A DNA stretch of 64,000 nucleotides from Carcharhinus amblyrhynchos (Eukaryota): positions 47,864,001 to 47,928,000 of the forward strand of contig OZ336877.1 in the NCBI GenBank assembly GCA_965287045.1, given 5' to 3'. A program made the translations under genes and the position numbers. A model generated the notes under the pieces. That model was given only the letters and a program-made list of their open reading frames with translations, had not been told where the DNA came from and ran no database searches. This document shows, piece after piece, positions 1 through 12,499 of this stretch; the stretch's first letter is position 1; every line of letters starts with the position of its first letter.

Positions 1-2747
1 AGGATAGGCAGGAGGGAAAAGGGGGGGGCGTAGCTCTGCTGATTAAGGATAGCATCACGGTGGTAGCAAGGGATGATATTGGAGCCAAGGAGCAGAGGGT
101 GGAATCGTTGTGGGTGGAGATTAGGAACAGCAAAGGGAGGAAGACGCTGGTGGGTGTCGTCTATAGGCCTCCAAATAATGATCTGGAGGTGGGGCGGGCT
201 GTTAACGCGCAAATAAGTGCGGCGTGCAGGAATGGGACGGCCATAGTTATGGGGGATTTCAATCTGCATATTGATTGGTCGACCCATGTTGGACGTGGGG
301 GGCTCGAGGAAGAGTTCTTGGAATGCTGCCGGGATAGTTTCCTCGAACAGTGTGTGTTGGAGCCGACGAGGGAGCGAGCTATCTTGGATCTGGTGCTATG
401 TAATGAAGCGGGTAGAATTAGGGACCTTGTGGTGAAGGATCCTCTTGGGGAGAGTGATCATTGTATGGTGGAGTTTCTGGTGCAGATGGAGGAGGAGAAA
501 GTGGGTTCCTGGACACGCGTCCTTTGTTTGAATAGAGGGGAGTACGGTAGGATGAGAGAAGAATTGGCGAATGTGGACTGGGGGAGCGCGTTGGAGGGTG
601 GGTCTGTTGAGGAGCAGTGGAGGATCTTTAAGGAGATCTTTCTTGGTGCTCAGCGGAAATTTATTCCGATGGTCAAAAAGGATAGTAGGAGGAGAGGTAA
701 TAAGCCGTGGATAACGAAGGAGGTGAAGGAAAGTGTTAAACTAAAAGCGGAGGAATTTAGAGTAGCTAAGAGTAGTGGGCGAGAAGAGGATTGGGAGAGG
801 TTTAAATGTCAACAAAGATTGACAAAGAAGTTGATAAAGAAGGGTAGGAGAAACTATGAAGCTGGGCTAGCGCTTAATATAAAAAAGGATAGCAAGAGTT
901 TTTATAAATATATAAAAAGGAAGAGGCTGGCTAGGGTGAATGTTGGTCCTTTAGAGGATGAGAAAGGGGACCTAGTGGTAGGGGATGGGGATATGGCTAA
1001 GGTATTGAATAACTTTTTTGTTTCTGTCTTCACGGAGGAGGACGTGAATAATTTGCCAGGTGTTAGCGATGGAAAGGTGGTAGGACTGGAGGGTCTTAAT
1101 GACATTACTGTTACTAGAAAGGTGGTACTCGACAGCCTGGAGGGGCTGATTGTGGACAAGTCCCCAGGACCGGATGGAATGCATCCGAGGGTTCTGAAAG
1201 AAATGGCGGCGGTGATAGTGGATGCCTTGGTGGTTATTTTCCAAACGTCGCTGGATTCCGGGGAAGTGCCGGATGATTGGAAAATGGCTAATGTTACGCC
1301 GTTGTTTAAGAAGGGTGCCAGGCAAAAGGCAGGGAATTATAGGCCGGTTAGTTTAACGTCTGTGGTAGGTAAAATGTTAGAATCTGTCATTAAGGAGGAA
1401 ATTGCGAGGCATCTTGAAGGGAATTGCTTGATAGAGCAGACGCAGCACGGTTTCATTAAAGGGAAGTCGTGTCTGACAAATTTACTGGAGTTCTACGAGG
1501 ATGTGTCTAGGGCGGTGGATAGAGGAGAGCCGGTGGATGTGGTCTTTCTAGATTTTCAGAAGGCGTTTGACAAAGTGCCTCACAAGAGGTTATTGCAGAA
1601 GGTCGAGGGACATGGAGTTGGGGGTAGGGTGTTAGCGTGGATAGAGGATTAGTTGTCAAATAGGAGGCAGAGAGTGGGGGTCAACGGGTGCTATTCGGAT
1701 TGGCGGATGGTGACTAGTGGAGTGCCCCAGGGGTCGGTGCTGGGGCCTCAGCTTTTTACCATTTATATAGATGATCTGGAGGAGGGAACCGAGTGTAGGG
1801 TGTCGAAATTTGCTGATGACACCAAGATTGGGGGAACGGCACATTGTGCGGAGGGTGTGGAGAGTCTGCAGAAGGATCTAGATAGGCTGGGCGAATGGGC
1901 CAGGAAATGGCAAATGGAATTTAATGTTGGCAAGTGTGAGGTGGTCCACTTTGGTAGGAAGAATGGTAGGAAGGACTATTACTTACGGGGCGAAAAACTG
2001 CAGCAGGCGACGGTGCAGAGGGACCTCGGGGTCCTTGTGCATGAGTCGCAAAAACCCAGCTTGCAGGTGCAGCAGGTGGTCAGGAAGGCGAATGGGATGC
2101 TGGCCTTCATAGCGAAGGGGATTGAATATAAAAGTAGGGAGGTCTTGCTGCAGCTGTATAGGGCATTGGTGAGGCCGCAGCTGGAGTACTGTGTGCAGTT
2201 TTGGGCGCTGCACCTGCGCAAAGATATTTTGGCCTTGGAGGGAGTGCAGAGGAGGTTTACTAGGCTGATACCGGAGTTGAGGGGGTTGAGCTATGAGGAG
2301 AGGCTGAATAAACTGGGCTTGTACTCGTTAGAGTTTAGAAGAATGAGGGGAGATCTCATTGAGACGTATAAGATGATGAATGGGATGGATAGGATAGAGG
2401 TGGAAAGACTCTTCCCGCTCAAAAAAGACAGTAGGACGAGGGGGCACAGCCTCAAGATAAAAGGGGGGCGGTTTAGAACGGAGTTGAGGAGGAACTTCTT
2501 CACTCAAAGGGTGGTGAATCTCTGGAATTCTCTGCCCGTTGAAGTGGTGGAGGCTGCCTCGCTAAATATTTTTAAGACGCGGGTTAATGGGTTTTTGATA
2601 GGAGAGGGGATTAAGGGTTATGGGGAGAGGGCGGGAAAGTGGAACTGAGCAGCGACAGATCAGCCATGATCTTATTGAATGGCGGGGCAGGCTCGAAGGG
2701 CTGGATGGCCTACTCCTGCTCTTATTTCTTATGTTCTTATGTTCTTA
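1..2747 (+). mobile_element. CR1-clade LINE ('family A'), near-intact ORF2 (APE endonuclease + RT) with 3' UTR and (TTCTTATG)n tail; 5' end lies outside the window
   Basis: ORFs 60-1652 and 1653-2648 are one frame broken only by TAG at 1650-1652 (TGG in the sister copy near 61747). Motifs: VYRPP, GDFN, SDH, KSPGPDG, NYRPVSLTS, DFQKAFD, GVPQGSVLGP, FADD, TRGH. Microsatellite tail at about 2725-2747. Confidence 0.95.
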
Positions 2748-3348
2748 TTATGAAGTGAACTTACTCCAAGTGATTATTTTAAATACTACTTTGCCCTGTG
2801 TATGAAGTTTGAGATATCATTGAAAAATTTAATGTCAGATAATCAAATCTAATTTAGTGTCAGTCTGAGATGGTGGCTCCATATCTTTACCAATGATCGA
2901 TCCCTATGTTTATTTCCAACTCATAGCCTTACTACAGGTTTCTAATCTCCAGTGGACGGGAAATTCCTGCAGCATATTCTGATATCAGTGAAGACATATA
3001 GGCTAGGATTTTACACTAGGCAGAAGGGTAATGTCAGCAGAAGCTGACGGCACATTCACTCTTGCCATGAGTCGTATAGTCTCACTGCAATTAGGTGGCC
3101 AATAACAGTTAAATGGTGGGACTGCCAGAAAGCAGGAGGCCTAGAGTAGGATGTCAGGTGGTGACGGGTGCAGACACTGAACTGGGAGCAGCTGCCATCT
3201 GATGGTTTGGAGGACCACTGGAGGGGCTGCATTACGAGGGCAGCATGCAGTGCAGGAGAAGGTCAATTAAAGTCTGCTGTGGACAGAGTGGCTACTGCCA
3301 ACCTTGACAGCCTGAGGTGCTCACCGTGACTCTTGACTGTACTTCACC

Positions 3349-3593
3349 CTGGAGTGAGTCACATGTAGGCCAGACCATGTAAGGATAGCTGATTTCCTTC
3401 TCTGAAGGACATTAGTGAACCAGGTGGGTTTTTCTGACAATCGACAATGGTTTCATGGTCAGCAGTAGATTCTTAATTTTTTAAAAATTGAATTTAAATT
3501 CTGTCATCTGATGTGGCGGGATTTGAACCCAGAATATTTGCTGAGTTTCTGAATTAATAATCTAGCGATAATGCCACTAGGCCATCACCTCCT
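3349..3593 (-). mobile_element. tRNA-headed SINE, 3'-truncated; same family as 32820-33183 and 42095-42403
   Basis: Minus strand starts GGAGGTGATGGCCTAGTGG (A box) and contains GGGTTCAAATCCC (B box). It aligns by eye to the two other copies. Confidence 0.8.
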
Positions 3594-4492
3594 CTAGGCC
3601 AGAGACACACAAACCACAAATTAGTAAAGTTGATTAATTTCACTGTACCTTTGTCAATTTTTAAAAACATTTGGAAGAACATTGTAAAGTGTCCAAAAAG
3701 GTGAAGGAAATGGATTGCTGAGGTGATGTCTGCTGGAAGTTCTGTAACATTGAGGCACTGATAAGCATGACTGCCATTAATGCTGAATTGCAGAGAGCTA
3801 ACTGTGTCTTTGTGGCATGTCTCAATCAAGTTCACTCATCAGACTGTATTTCCACATGAATTTCTGAACTGACGTGCTTAAGTAGATAACTCTGGGGCTG
3901 GACCACTGCCTAAAATAGTATTCACTGTAGGTTGGACTTACCCCCTATGCCTTCAGAACTCCCAGCTTGCCCTTTACTCATGTCCTCTGTGATGTCTCTG
4001 ACAAAATAACTCTGTGCAATTACTTCCACAACTCCTGTGGTGACTCTTTGATCTATTAACTCAGTGATACCAGCTGTGACCTGGAATCAGTTATTAACTT
4101 TCTAATTTCACACCATAGCTGTGGAATTTTTTTTCCTTCTTTGTCATGACTTTTTTCTATTAATCCATTTTAGAAGTTTAGAACCACAGATGGTAAAATA
4201 GTTCATTGTTTTCTACTTGGGTTTTCTTTTCACATAGACCTAATGAGACTGAATATGGTGACACTCAATGATCTCTTGCTCTCACTCTCTGATTATTGAG
4301 TGAATGTACATACTGGATTATTTTCTGACTTTCCATTTCCAGTGGGGAGCTTTGATAATCAGAAATTTGGGCACGCTTCACAAGAATTCCCCACCAGTGG
4401 GAATAAATGATTGGAAAACATGTGGAATGCATGCTTGAATTTCCAGTGGGCACAGCTGAGACACAAAGCTCACGGCTACAGTTTTACATGTT

Positions 4493-4748
4493 TTTATTCG
4501 TGTCACAAGTAGGCTTACATTGCAATGAAGTTACTGTGAAAATCCCCTCTTTGCCACACTCTGGCCTCTGTTCAGCTACACCAAGAAAGAATTTAGCATG
4601 GCCAATGCACCGAACCAGCATGTTTTTCGGACTGTGGGAGGAAACCGGAACACCCAGAGGAAACCCACGCAGACGCAGGGAGAACATGCAGACTACACTC
4701 CACGCCAATGAGGCTGCATTGCTAACCATTCTGCCACCGCACCGCCCC
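4493..4748 (-). mobile_element. V-SINE (HE1-like head and V domain) with an atypical 3' tail ending in AATAAA
   Basis: Shares GGTGGC..TGGTTAGCA head and GGGTTTCCTC..CCCACAGTCC..TTGGCCATGCTAAATT core with the HE1 copies; the 3' part differs. Confidence 0.75.
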
Positions 4749-4849
4749 AAGCAGCAAGTTGGAAATTACTGCATTCTTATATATTTGATAGCACATCTCC
4801 TGCAAGTTCTCCTCTTCATTTGCACACCATTACGTATGTCGGTCTCTTT

Positions 4850-5370
4850 CTCTTTCAACGCAATGCTCCCTGGCAACAACATCTGTAACATGGGGAGCTT
4901 TAGACACACCTCAAGCTCTGCCACCTTGCTACCATTTTGTATCACTCCCTGTTGTCAGGCTGATTCAGGTTGTTTACAACCTTGACATCGTCTTCAACCT
5001 AGAAGTAAGGTTCAAATCCATTAACCTCTTATTTGCCAAGACCACCTGCATCCGCCGGTAAACATGACTCATCTCCACTTTCAGTCATGTAGCAAAAGCT
5101 GCTGAAGCCCACATCCATGTCTGTCGCTTGACTATTTTAATATTGTCCTGGCTGATTCCCAATCTAATGACCTTCTTGAAATATCAGCTCAACCGTTGCT
5201 GCTTGTACCCTAAAATGCATCAACTCCCACTCATCACCTATGTCCCTGCTCCCCAACATTGGCTGGTGGTTCCCTCAGTGCTTCAAATTTAAAACCTGCA
5301 CCCATGGTTATTTCCCTTTGTATCCTTTTCCTCTCTGTCTCCTGTGTTCCTTTGACTCTGGCACATTAAG
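4850..5370 (+). mobile_element. Degenerate L2-clade LINE fragment (C-terminal part of ORF2)
   Basis: Decayed L2-like motifs (SRLDY.N.LLA; HITP.L..LHWL.V..RI.FK) at about 5120-5300. Confidence 0.55.
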
Positions 5371-5379
5371 CAACTATCT

Positions 5380-7190
5380 ACCTTCGCTCCACCATTGCCT
5401 GTTGAGCCTTCAGTTGCACTGACCACACATTCCAGAATTCCTTTCCATGTCTGAAATGGGATATCTGAAATAATGCCTTCAAAATACAGACCAGTATCAA
5501 GCAAGGCTGTGTGGTTGCCTTCATACTGTTTACGATCTAGCTGACAGTGGTGGTTCATCCCATTCAAAGATTAACTGCCCTTTGCTGTCTGTATTAAATA
5601 ACATCTAAATGGTTATCTCTTTAACCTCAGTCAACTCATTGTCAAAACTAAAATCACCATCATAAATATGTACGATCTGTAGTTTGTGGATGACTTGTGT
5701 ATCATTGCCTGTTCTGCAATGGGTTTGCAAGCCAACCTTGATCTTTCACATTTTGCATACAAGTAATTCCTTGAATGTTGCTACAACAAAGTTTGAATAT
5801 TAGCCCAAGCTTGGTCAACCAACTATTCCACATCTGGTATATTTTGTAGGAGACTTTGAAGTATATTGAACATTTTCCATACTTCAGATATCACCTGTTT
5901 CAAAAGGTCACCATTCATGAGGAGATGTAACATCAGACCTTCTACAAACAGCAGCAACAAGTGTTTGACATCTGTAGTGGGGCTTCTGACAACTGGAGAT
6001 GTTGGAGGACAGGGCAAAGGAACTGGGTGTCCCACGTGGGCTCCTTTCTGCGGAGAGCAGTGTCTTTGACAAGCTGAGGAGCAGAGCCAACAGCCAAAAG
6101 GTGAGGGAGGAAGCATCAAGGACTAATTCAGGGTTTGAGAGTGGCAGTGTGGCAGGATCCCAGGGTGGCTTGAAGCCCCTGAGGGTGATTAAGGAGCTAG
6201 GAAAGGAATTCAGTCAAACTGGCTGGCAGAACCCAAAGTCTAAGCAGCCTCACGAGACAGTGAGGGATAGAAAACAAGACTGTAGCCAGGAGCTGGACAG
6301 CAGTACAAGCCTGAATGTGCCTGGTGAGTGACTGTGTTGAGGAGCCGAGGCCCTGAATAGGACAGAGATCTGGAGAATGGCCAATGAATATTCTCTGTAG
6401 ATAGCTTTTCTTGGAATTATACTTTTCTTTGTAGTTGTTGCTTTGATGCTTTAGTGCCAGTGGAATAAATGATCATTGTTTATAACTTTATGCAGTCTGT
6501 GTGCTCAAATTGCACATAACTCAATAAAGACTTTCACAAATGAGCAAAAGTTCCAGTGTCCAGAGCAGTTGTCATGACCACATTGCTGTCCTGCAGCAAG
6601 ACTAGACTGTGTGTCAGTGACACATCAGAGCACGAGAGAAATTTCACCAGCAGTGTCTCTGCAGCTTCTTCTGGATTCAACAGGACATCAAACAAACACT
6701 CATGTCCTTCTTGAAACCAGCTCCAAAAACATTCAGGCAAAACTCTCACAAAATCAACTTTGATGGATGGCTGAGAAGTGTTTCCCCTGCCAGGTCTCCT
6801 TTTCTCAACAGTCAAATGGCCAATATTTCAGGGGAGGACAAAGAAAATATTTCCAAGGAAGTCTGTCACAGTCTGTCCAGGAGCATTTCATTGACCTTAT
6901 TGACTGGGTGGAGCTTGTTACCAGTTGTTCAGTGTGGTGATAACTTGTCCATCAAGCTGCATCACACTTTGAGCCACAATACCTTAATGATGAGGCAGAA
7001 CAATAGCAAGAAGGAAAAAGGGAGCAGGTCCTGCACTTTGACCCAATACCTCATGGGATGTCTTGTTCCATGTACCTGCCCAAAGATTTGTGGGCAGAGA
7101 ATTGGCCTCTGCATTCATAGGAAGGCCTGAGATAGAAGCTCATGACCCTGACTGGATGTCATCCTTGAATCAAGGTACAGTTGACAATTC
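5380..7190 (+). mobile_element. Degenerate RTE-clade LINE (RT to 3' end), interrupted by an LTR-like insert
   Basis: DL.F.DD-like RT motif near 5675-5695, RAVVMTTLLSC near 6560-6595, and C-terminal CPKICGQRIGLCIHRKA zinc knuckle in ORF 6702-7130. Confidence 0.65.
5973..6523 (+). mobile_element. Probable solo LTR inserted in the RTE
   Basis: Starts TGTAGT, ends ...ACTCA, AATAAA at 6464-6469. RTE coding sequence resumes on both sides. No clean TSD seen. Confidence 0.5.
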
Positions 7191-7199
7191 TCTGTGTAT

Positions 7200-7580
7200 T
7201 CTTCTTTCTTCTGACTCTGATCCCTTGACCAACTTCCTTCCTTCAGCCCAATGTTGCCTGCAGTGCCTTCATCTGCATTGGCCACATGTTCCATGTATAC
7301 AGCCTCCTCAAAACTTACCTCTTTATCCAAGTTTTTGTTTGCCCCATCTGGTATTGGCTTTGTTGTCCATTTCTTACATCCCTCCCCCAAATATTCACAC
7401 CGTCACTAAGACTGTCTATTTTCACCTCCATAACATGTTCCCCTCAATCTCTCCTCCTTTCCAGCTTGTCTGCTCCTGAGACCCTCATTCAGACCTTTCA
7501 TTCTTCTAGACTTGCAATCCTGGCTGACCTTCCACATTCCATTTTCCTTAAACTTTGCATTATCCAAAACTCTGTTGTCA
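7200..7580 (+). mobile_element. Degenerate L2 fragments
   Basis: TKT.YFHL.N, ETLI..F.SSRL and LCIIQNS motifs in ORFs 7063 and 7286. Confidence 0.55.
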
Positions 7581-8249
7581 TGTCTGAGGTAATAACTGCA
7601 TTTGAAAAGAGTAAATATCAAAAAAACTTTCAGAGGTCACAGTTTATCATTCTTCTGCTGAATGTAGTTGAAAGGATAATATAACAAGATGCATGGATGC
7701 TGAGATGTGCTCACAAAAGCACTCATACAAGATAAATGAAGGCATCTCATAATCTGTGAGGTCATCGAGAAAACAATTATCTTTTGATATGGACTGAGAC
7801 TCACAGCTTTCAATTATCTCAGTATCAGTCTTGGCTTGTTTAGCCCTATCTACAGTTCAGAATCCATTCAGTTATCATTTTCTTGATTGATGGATAAGCT
7901 GTTTTTCATAATGCGGATTTTGTTGTAATTGCCTGTTCTAGTGCACCATGCCGTTGGAAGTATATTTCATTTTTGAAAGAGGTGGAAGATAAAATACCTG
8001 ATGTGTGATGTTTGTTAAAACTTAGATAACCAGATGGTGGTGGACAGGATGTGGTACCCACTCCTCTCGATTCAGTTATAAGTTTTTATTTACAAATACT
8101 GTGCATCTGCAACATGCGAGCTCCAATTAATACTCACCACCTAGATACGACAACCATTTGATGTACAGTTGCCAGTGTTGGGGATGATCAGGTTACCATC
8201 TAAGTTTAATAAAAATAACACAGTATTCTCTGTTCTCTTGTGAAATTAG

Positions 8250-8423
8250 TGCTTTTGGCTGCCCCTATTCAGAGCTCAACCTGAAAAAAGAGTCAACAAT
8301 TCAAGACAGATTGGGAGGAGAGAAACAGATGACCCTAGTGCCGATTCCTCTAGTTTCACGAACTAAACGTCTTGAAAGTAATCACTCAAGTGGGAAGCCA
8401 GAGGAATGTGTTAATGAAACAAG
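8250..8423 (+). CDS. L3MBTL4: L3MBTL4-like exon, phase 2-2: (S)AFGCPYSELNLKKESTIQDRLGGEKQMTLVPIPLVSRTKRLESNHSSGKPEECVNET(R)
   Basis: Acceptor ttctcttgtgaaattag, donor AAG|gtaagt, 174 bp open. Matches the recalled human L3MBTL4 segment SAFGCPYSDMNLKKEATLHDRL (end of a CCHHC finger). Confidence 0.9.
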
Positions 8424-9237
8424 GTAAGTGCCTTTTTCAAACAGTCCCGAACAAATTGAAAGCCATTCTGGGCATTAAATTTTTGTATAAGTTTCTGTGA
8501 ACAGATGCAACGGCTTATTTTACGTGGCATAAATAACATAACTGAGATGTTCAATTTTGCATCTTTGTAAAGACATTAGTAATAAACATTGGGCTGTTAT
8601 GACCATTCTTCTGATGGATACATTTGAGTATTGTTATTGCAGTAGGGGTAATGCATCATTTGTAAATTTGTAAACTGCTACATAAATCAGCAGAAGCAGT
8701 TAGAGTTGTGTAGTACTGACGGAATGGGGTTTTTAGCAAGGGTACAGCTTCTTCACTTAAAAAATAAGTTGCACAATATAAATGTTGCTGGCAAGGACAG
8801 TATTTATTGTCCAGCTCTAGTTGAGAAGGTGCTGGGGTAATTTGTCTTCTTGAACCACTCCAATCCGTGTGGTGATAGTGTTTCTTCAGAGCTGTTAAAT
8901 ATGGAGTTCCAAGATTTTGTCCCAGTTACGATGAAAGAATGATGTTATATTTCTAAATCAGTATGATGTGAGACTTGGAGATGGTGGTATTCCCATTTAA
9001 CTGCTGCCCTTGTTCGTCTAGGTGATAACGGTCACAAGTTTAGAAATGCAAACCAAATAGCTTTGGCAAGTTATTGTCGATGTACACACTGCAATCCCAT
9101 TGCAGCAATGGTGAAGAAATGCTCAAGGTGGTGGACGGGTACTGGTCAAAGGGCTGCTATGTTTTGGATACTGTTTAACTTCTTGAGTGTTATTGGAGCT
9201 GCATGCGTTCAGCCAAATCTAATGCCTTCTCTCATTT

Positions 9238-10120
9238 TAGAACATAGAACACTGCAGCACAAACAGGCCCTTTGGCCCACGAGTTGCGCCGAACCCATCA
9301 ACACCTACCAATCTATAAGAACATAAGAACATAAGAAATAGGAGCAGGAGTAGGCCATCCAGCCCTTCGAGCCTGCCCCGCCATTCAATAAGATCATGGC
9401 TGATCTGTCGCTGCTCAGTTCCACTTTCCCGCCCTCTCCCCATAACCCTTAATCCCCTCTCCTATCAAAAACCCATCAACCCGCGTCTTAAAAATATTTA
9501 GCGAGGCAGCCTCCACCACTTCAACGGGCAGAGAATTCCAGAGATTCACCACCCTTTGAGTGAAGAAGTTCCTCCTCAACTCCGTTCTAAACCGCCCCCC
9601 TTTTATCTTGAGGCTGTGCCCCCTAGTCCTATTGTCTTTTTTGAGTGGGAAGAGTCTTTCCACCTCTATCCTATCCATCCCATTCATCATCTTATACGTC
9701 TCAATGAGATCTCCTCTCATTCTTCTAAACTCTAACGAGTACAAGCCCAGTTTATTCAGCCTCTCCTCATAGCTCAACCCCCTCAACTCCGGTATCAGCC
9801 TAGTAAACCTCCTCTGCACTCCCTCCAAGGCCAAAATATCTTTGCGCAGGTGCGGCGCCCAAAAATGCACACAGTACTCCAGTTGCGGCCTCACCAATGC
9901 CCTATACAGCTGCAGCAAGACCTCCCTACATAGACCTATCTATAACCCCCAATCCCATTAAACCCCATATACACATCCAGAAGTCTTTTAAAAGACCCCA
10001 GCGAGTTCGCCTCCATCACCACTGATGGCAGCCGATTCCATTCACTCACCAGCCTCTGAGTGAAAAACTTACCCCTAACATCACTTCTGTACTTTCCTCC
10101 CCGCACCTTTAATCTGTGTC
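9238..10120 (-). mobile_element. CR1 'family B' 3' end (9238-9315 plus 9930-10120), split by a family A copy
   Basis: The joined halves are colinear with the family B tail at 63040-63310. Encodes GKFFTQR..EWNRLP. Confidence 0.85.
9316..9929 (-). mobile_element. CR1 family A, 5'-truncated young copy
   Basis: ORF 9415-9918 is almost identical to the C-terminus of ORF 1653-2648. Same (TTCTTATG)n tail. Confidence 0.95.
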
Positions 10121-10269
10121 CTGACTTGTTTCCTGTAGATGGTTGAAGGCTTTGGGACTCACTAAAGGAACCCAGCCTCTGACTGCTTTTGTAGCCACAG
10201 GATTTACATGTCTGGCCCAGTATGGTTATGGTAATCTCCACGGTGTTGATGGTAATCAATGATGGCAAT

Positions 10270-10497
10270 TATTATCTATATAATATCAAAGTATGGGTGC
10301 AAAAAGAACCACAGAGTAAGGAGCTTCATAACTTAAACATTGGGGAACTCTTTTCCAGGCGCACCGTCCCACAGTTAGATACTGGACTGCTTTACCAGGT
10401 TCCACCCTGGGAGGAGCTAAGCACCACCTTGGGTCACATGACCCATACTCTTAAAGGGACACTGCACACCCCAAACCCCTAACTTACATATTTCACA
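10270..10497 (-). mobile_element. Short solo LTR with 5-bp TSD
   Basis: GCAAT direct repeats at 10265-10269 and 10498-10502. Termini TATTAT...TTCACA (TG...CA with one change). It interrupts LINE family C. Confidence 0.7.
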
Positions 10498-12499
10498 GCA
10501 ATTTCATTGAATGTCAAGAGGAATTGGTTGGATACTCTCTTGTTGGAGATGGTCATTACTTGGTACACATGTTACCTTCCACTTATTAGTCCAAGCTTGG
10601 ATGTTGTTCAGATCTTGCTGACTGTGAACATGGACTACTCCATTAACTGAGGAGTTGTGAATAGAACTGTACACTGCACAGTCATCAGCAAACATCTCCA
10701 CTTCTGACCCCACATTGGAAGGAGGTTCATTGATCTAGCAGCCGGTTAATTAGGTGGCTCTGGGGCACTATTCTGAGGAACTCTGCAGAAATATCCTGGA
10801 GCTGAAATGATTGCCCTCCAACTATCACAACAATGTGAAAATCACCAATAACTTGAATTTTATTAGGGCTGCTTGACAACAAACTCCTGCTGCCTTGATA
10901 CCAAGGGCCATATTATTACTTGACCTCTGGAACTGAGCACTTTTGTCTTTTTTGAGCTCTGAAGCTGAGAGGGACCCAAACTGAACACCAGTGAACAAGT
11001 GCAGTGTCAATGGCATCTTTCATTGCTTTGCTGATGATTGATCGAAGGCGTATGGAGCAGTAATAAGCTAGGTTGAATTTGACCTGCTTTGTGTGGGCAG
11101 GATGCACCTCAGTAGTTCTCTTCTTTGTTGCATTGATGCCAGTGGAAAAGCCGTATTGGAAGAGCTTGACTAGTTATGGAGCCCTTGTCTCCAGCACTGC
11201 AGCTGACATCATGTTGTGATCCATAGTCTTTGCTATATTCAGTGCACTCAGCCATTTCTTGGTATCACATGCAGTGGATAAAATAATTGAACTGGCTGAA
11301 GATCTGTATTGATGGAGATGTCTTTTGCACTCTCATGCTGAAGCCCATCATCACTAAGGGTGAAGATATTTGCAGAGTCACCTACTCCTTATGTTAGTTC
11401 TTTAATTGCTCACTACTGTTCAGGACCATGGCAAAGCTTTGATCTGATCCATTGGCTGTGGGATCACATATCTCTGCATATAGAATGCTACTCCTGATGC
11501 TTCGCATGTCGGAAGTCCTGTGATTTACTTTCATCAGTTTGGCACCTCATTTTTAGGCACTATTGTTGCTGCTCCTGTTATGGTCTTTGACTCACTTCAC
11601 TTGAACTAGGGTTGGTGTCCCCCATCTTTATGGCAATGGTAGAATGAAGAACATGCTGAACCATGAGATTATAGATTGTGATTGAGTACAATGCTGCTTT
11701 TGCTGATCGTATTCTGTGCCCAGTTTTCATTTGCGAGATCTGTTTGAAATGTATCCAGTTAAACAGAGTGGTAATGCACCACGAGTTTATGGAGAGTGTC
11801 TTGCGTATGCAATTCACAATCGTGCTTGGCGATTGCACAGTTTCAGTGACTGGGATTGATTTTATGCACATGATTTGTATTACGTAACTATTCTCCACTC
11901 ACTGCATTTTGCTTGTAAAGTAACGCTGCTTTCATTGGGAGATTCCTTGCTTTGTATTGGCCATGACTTCAGTCTGCTGCAGATTAAGTAGATTGTTATT
12001 GAGTAAACGGACTATTTGCTGTGTGATCCGTATAAGCCCCACCTTGCCTCCAACTCATTGGCTGGCACAGTGGTGCTGATGGGCACTTTGAAAATTTGTT
12101 GCACAAAGTATGACAACAGGAGGTTTTGGACAGGAAGTGCATGCAGATAGAAGGTTTTTGTGATATTATATCGTTTCCTGATACTCTAGAACCAGGTGAA
12201 CATAATAACAAGGGGGCTTGTACATTGCATTGTGATAGCTTTGGGCAGCCATTACTGGGACTGCTTGATTTTTGTTTCATGGTTTCTTAATCTATGTTAT
12301 TGGAGAAATCACCAAGTTGTTTACAATATCATTTCCTGTAAGTATTGCTGCTGTGCTTGTTATAATTTTAGTTTAAAAACAAAAAGCATATTCAAGTGCG
12401 CCTATAGTGACTATATGCTCTCAGTGAGAGCATAGATTTTGGGGATTGGTCTAAAACAGCATGGTGACAGATTACTGATTTGTTTCTGTGAACGGGGTT

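Larger units (their letters stand above)
8780..11800 (-). mobile_element. Old CR1-type LINE ('family C'), decayed, host to nested insertions
   Basis: 3' tail homologous to 41900-42016 at about 8780-8860. MFADD and QQDLNNIQAW motifs in ORF 10504-10713. Confidence 0.7.

Noticed and set aside
60-2648. Two-gene or stop-readthrough reading of ORFs 60-1652 and 1653-2648
   Set aside because: The sister copy has TGG at this codon, so this is one LINE ORF2 with a nonsense mutation.
4407-4985. 192-aa ORF as a host gene
   Set aside because: It reads through an antisense V-SINE and L2 debris and has no recognisable domain.
8138-8199. Minus-strand exon-like segment (ttag ... GTG|gtgagt)
   Set aside because: Stops in all three frames and no partner exons. 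It cannot be supported without transcript data.
8271-8273. cctattcag as the acceptor of the first exon
   Set aside because: The conserved SAFGCPYS peptide extends upstream to the AG at 8248-8249, which also gives a phase consistent with a split Ser codon.
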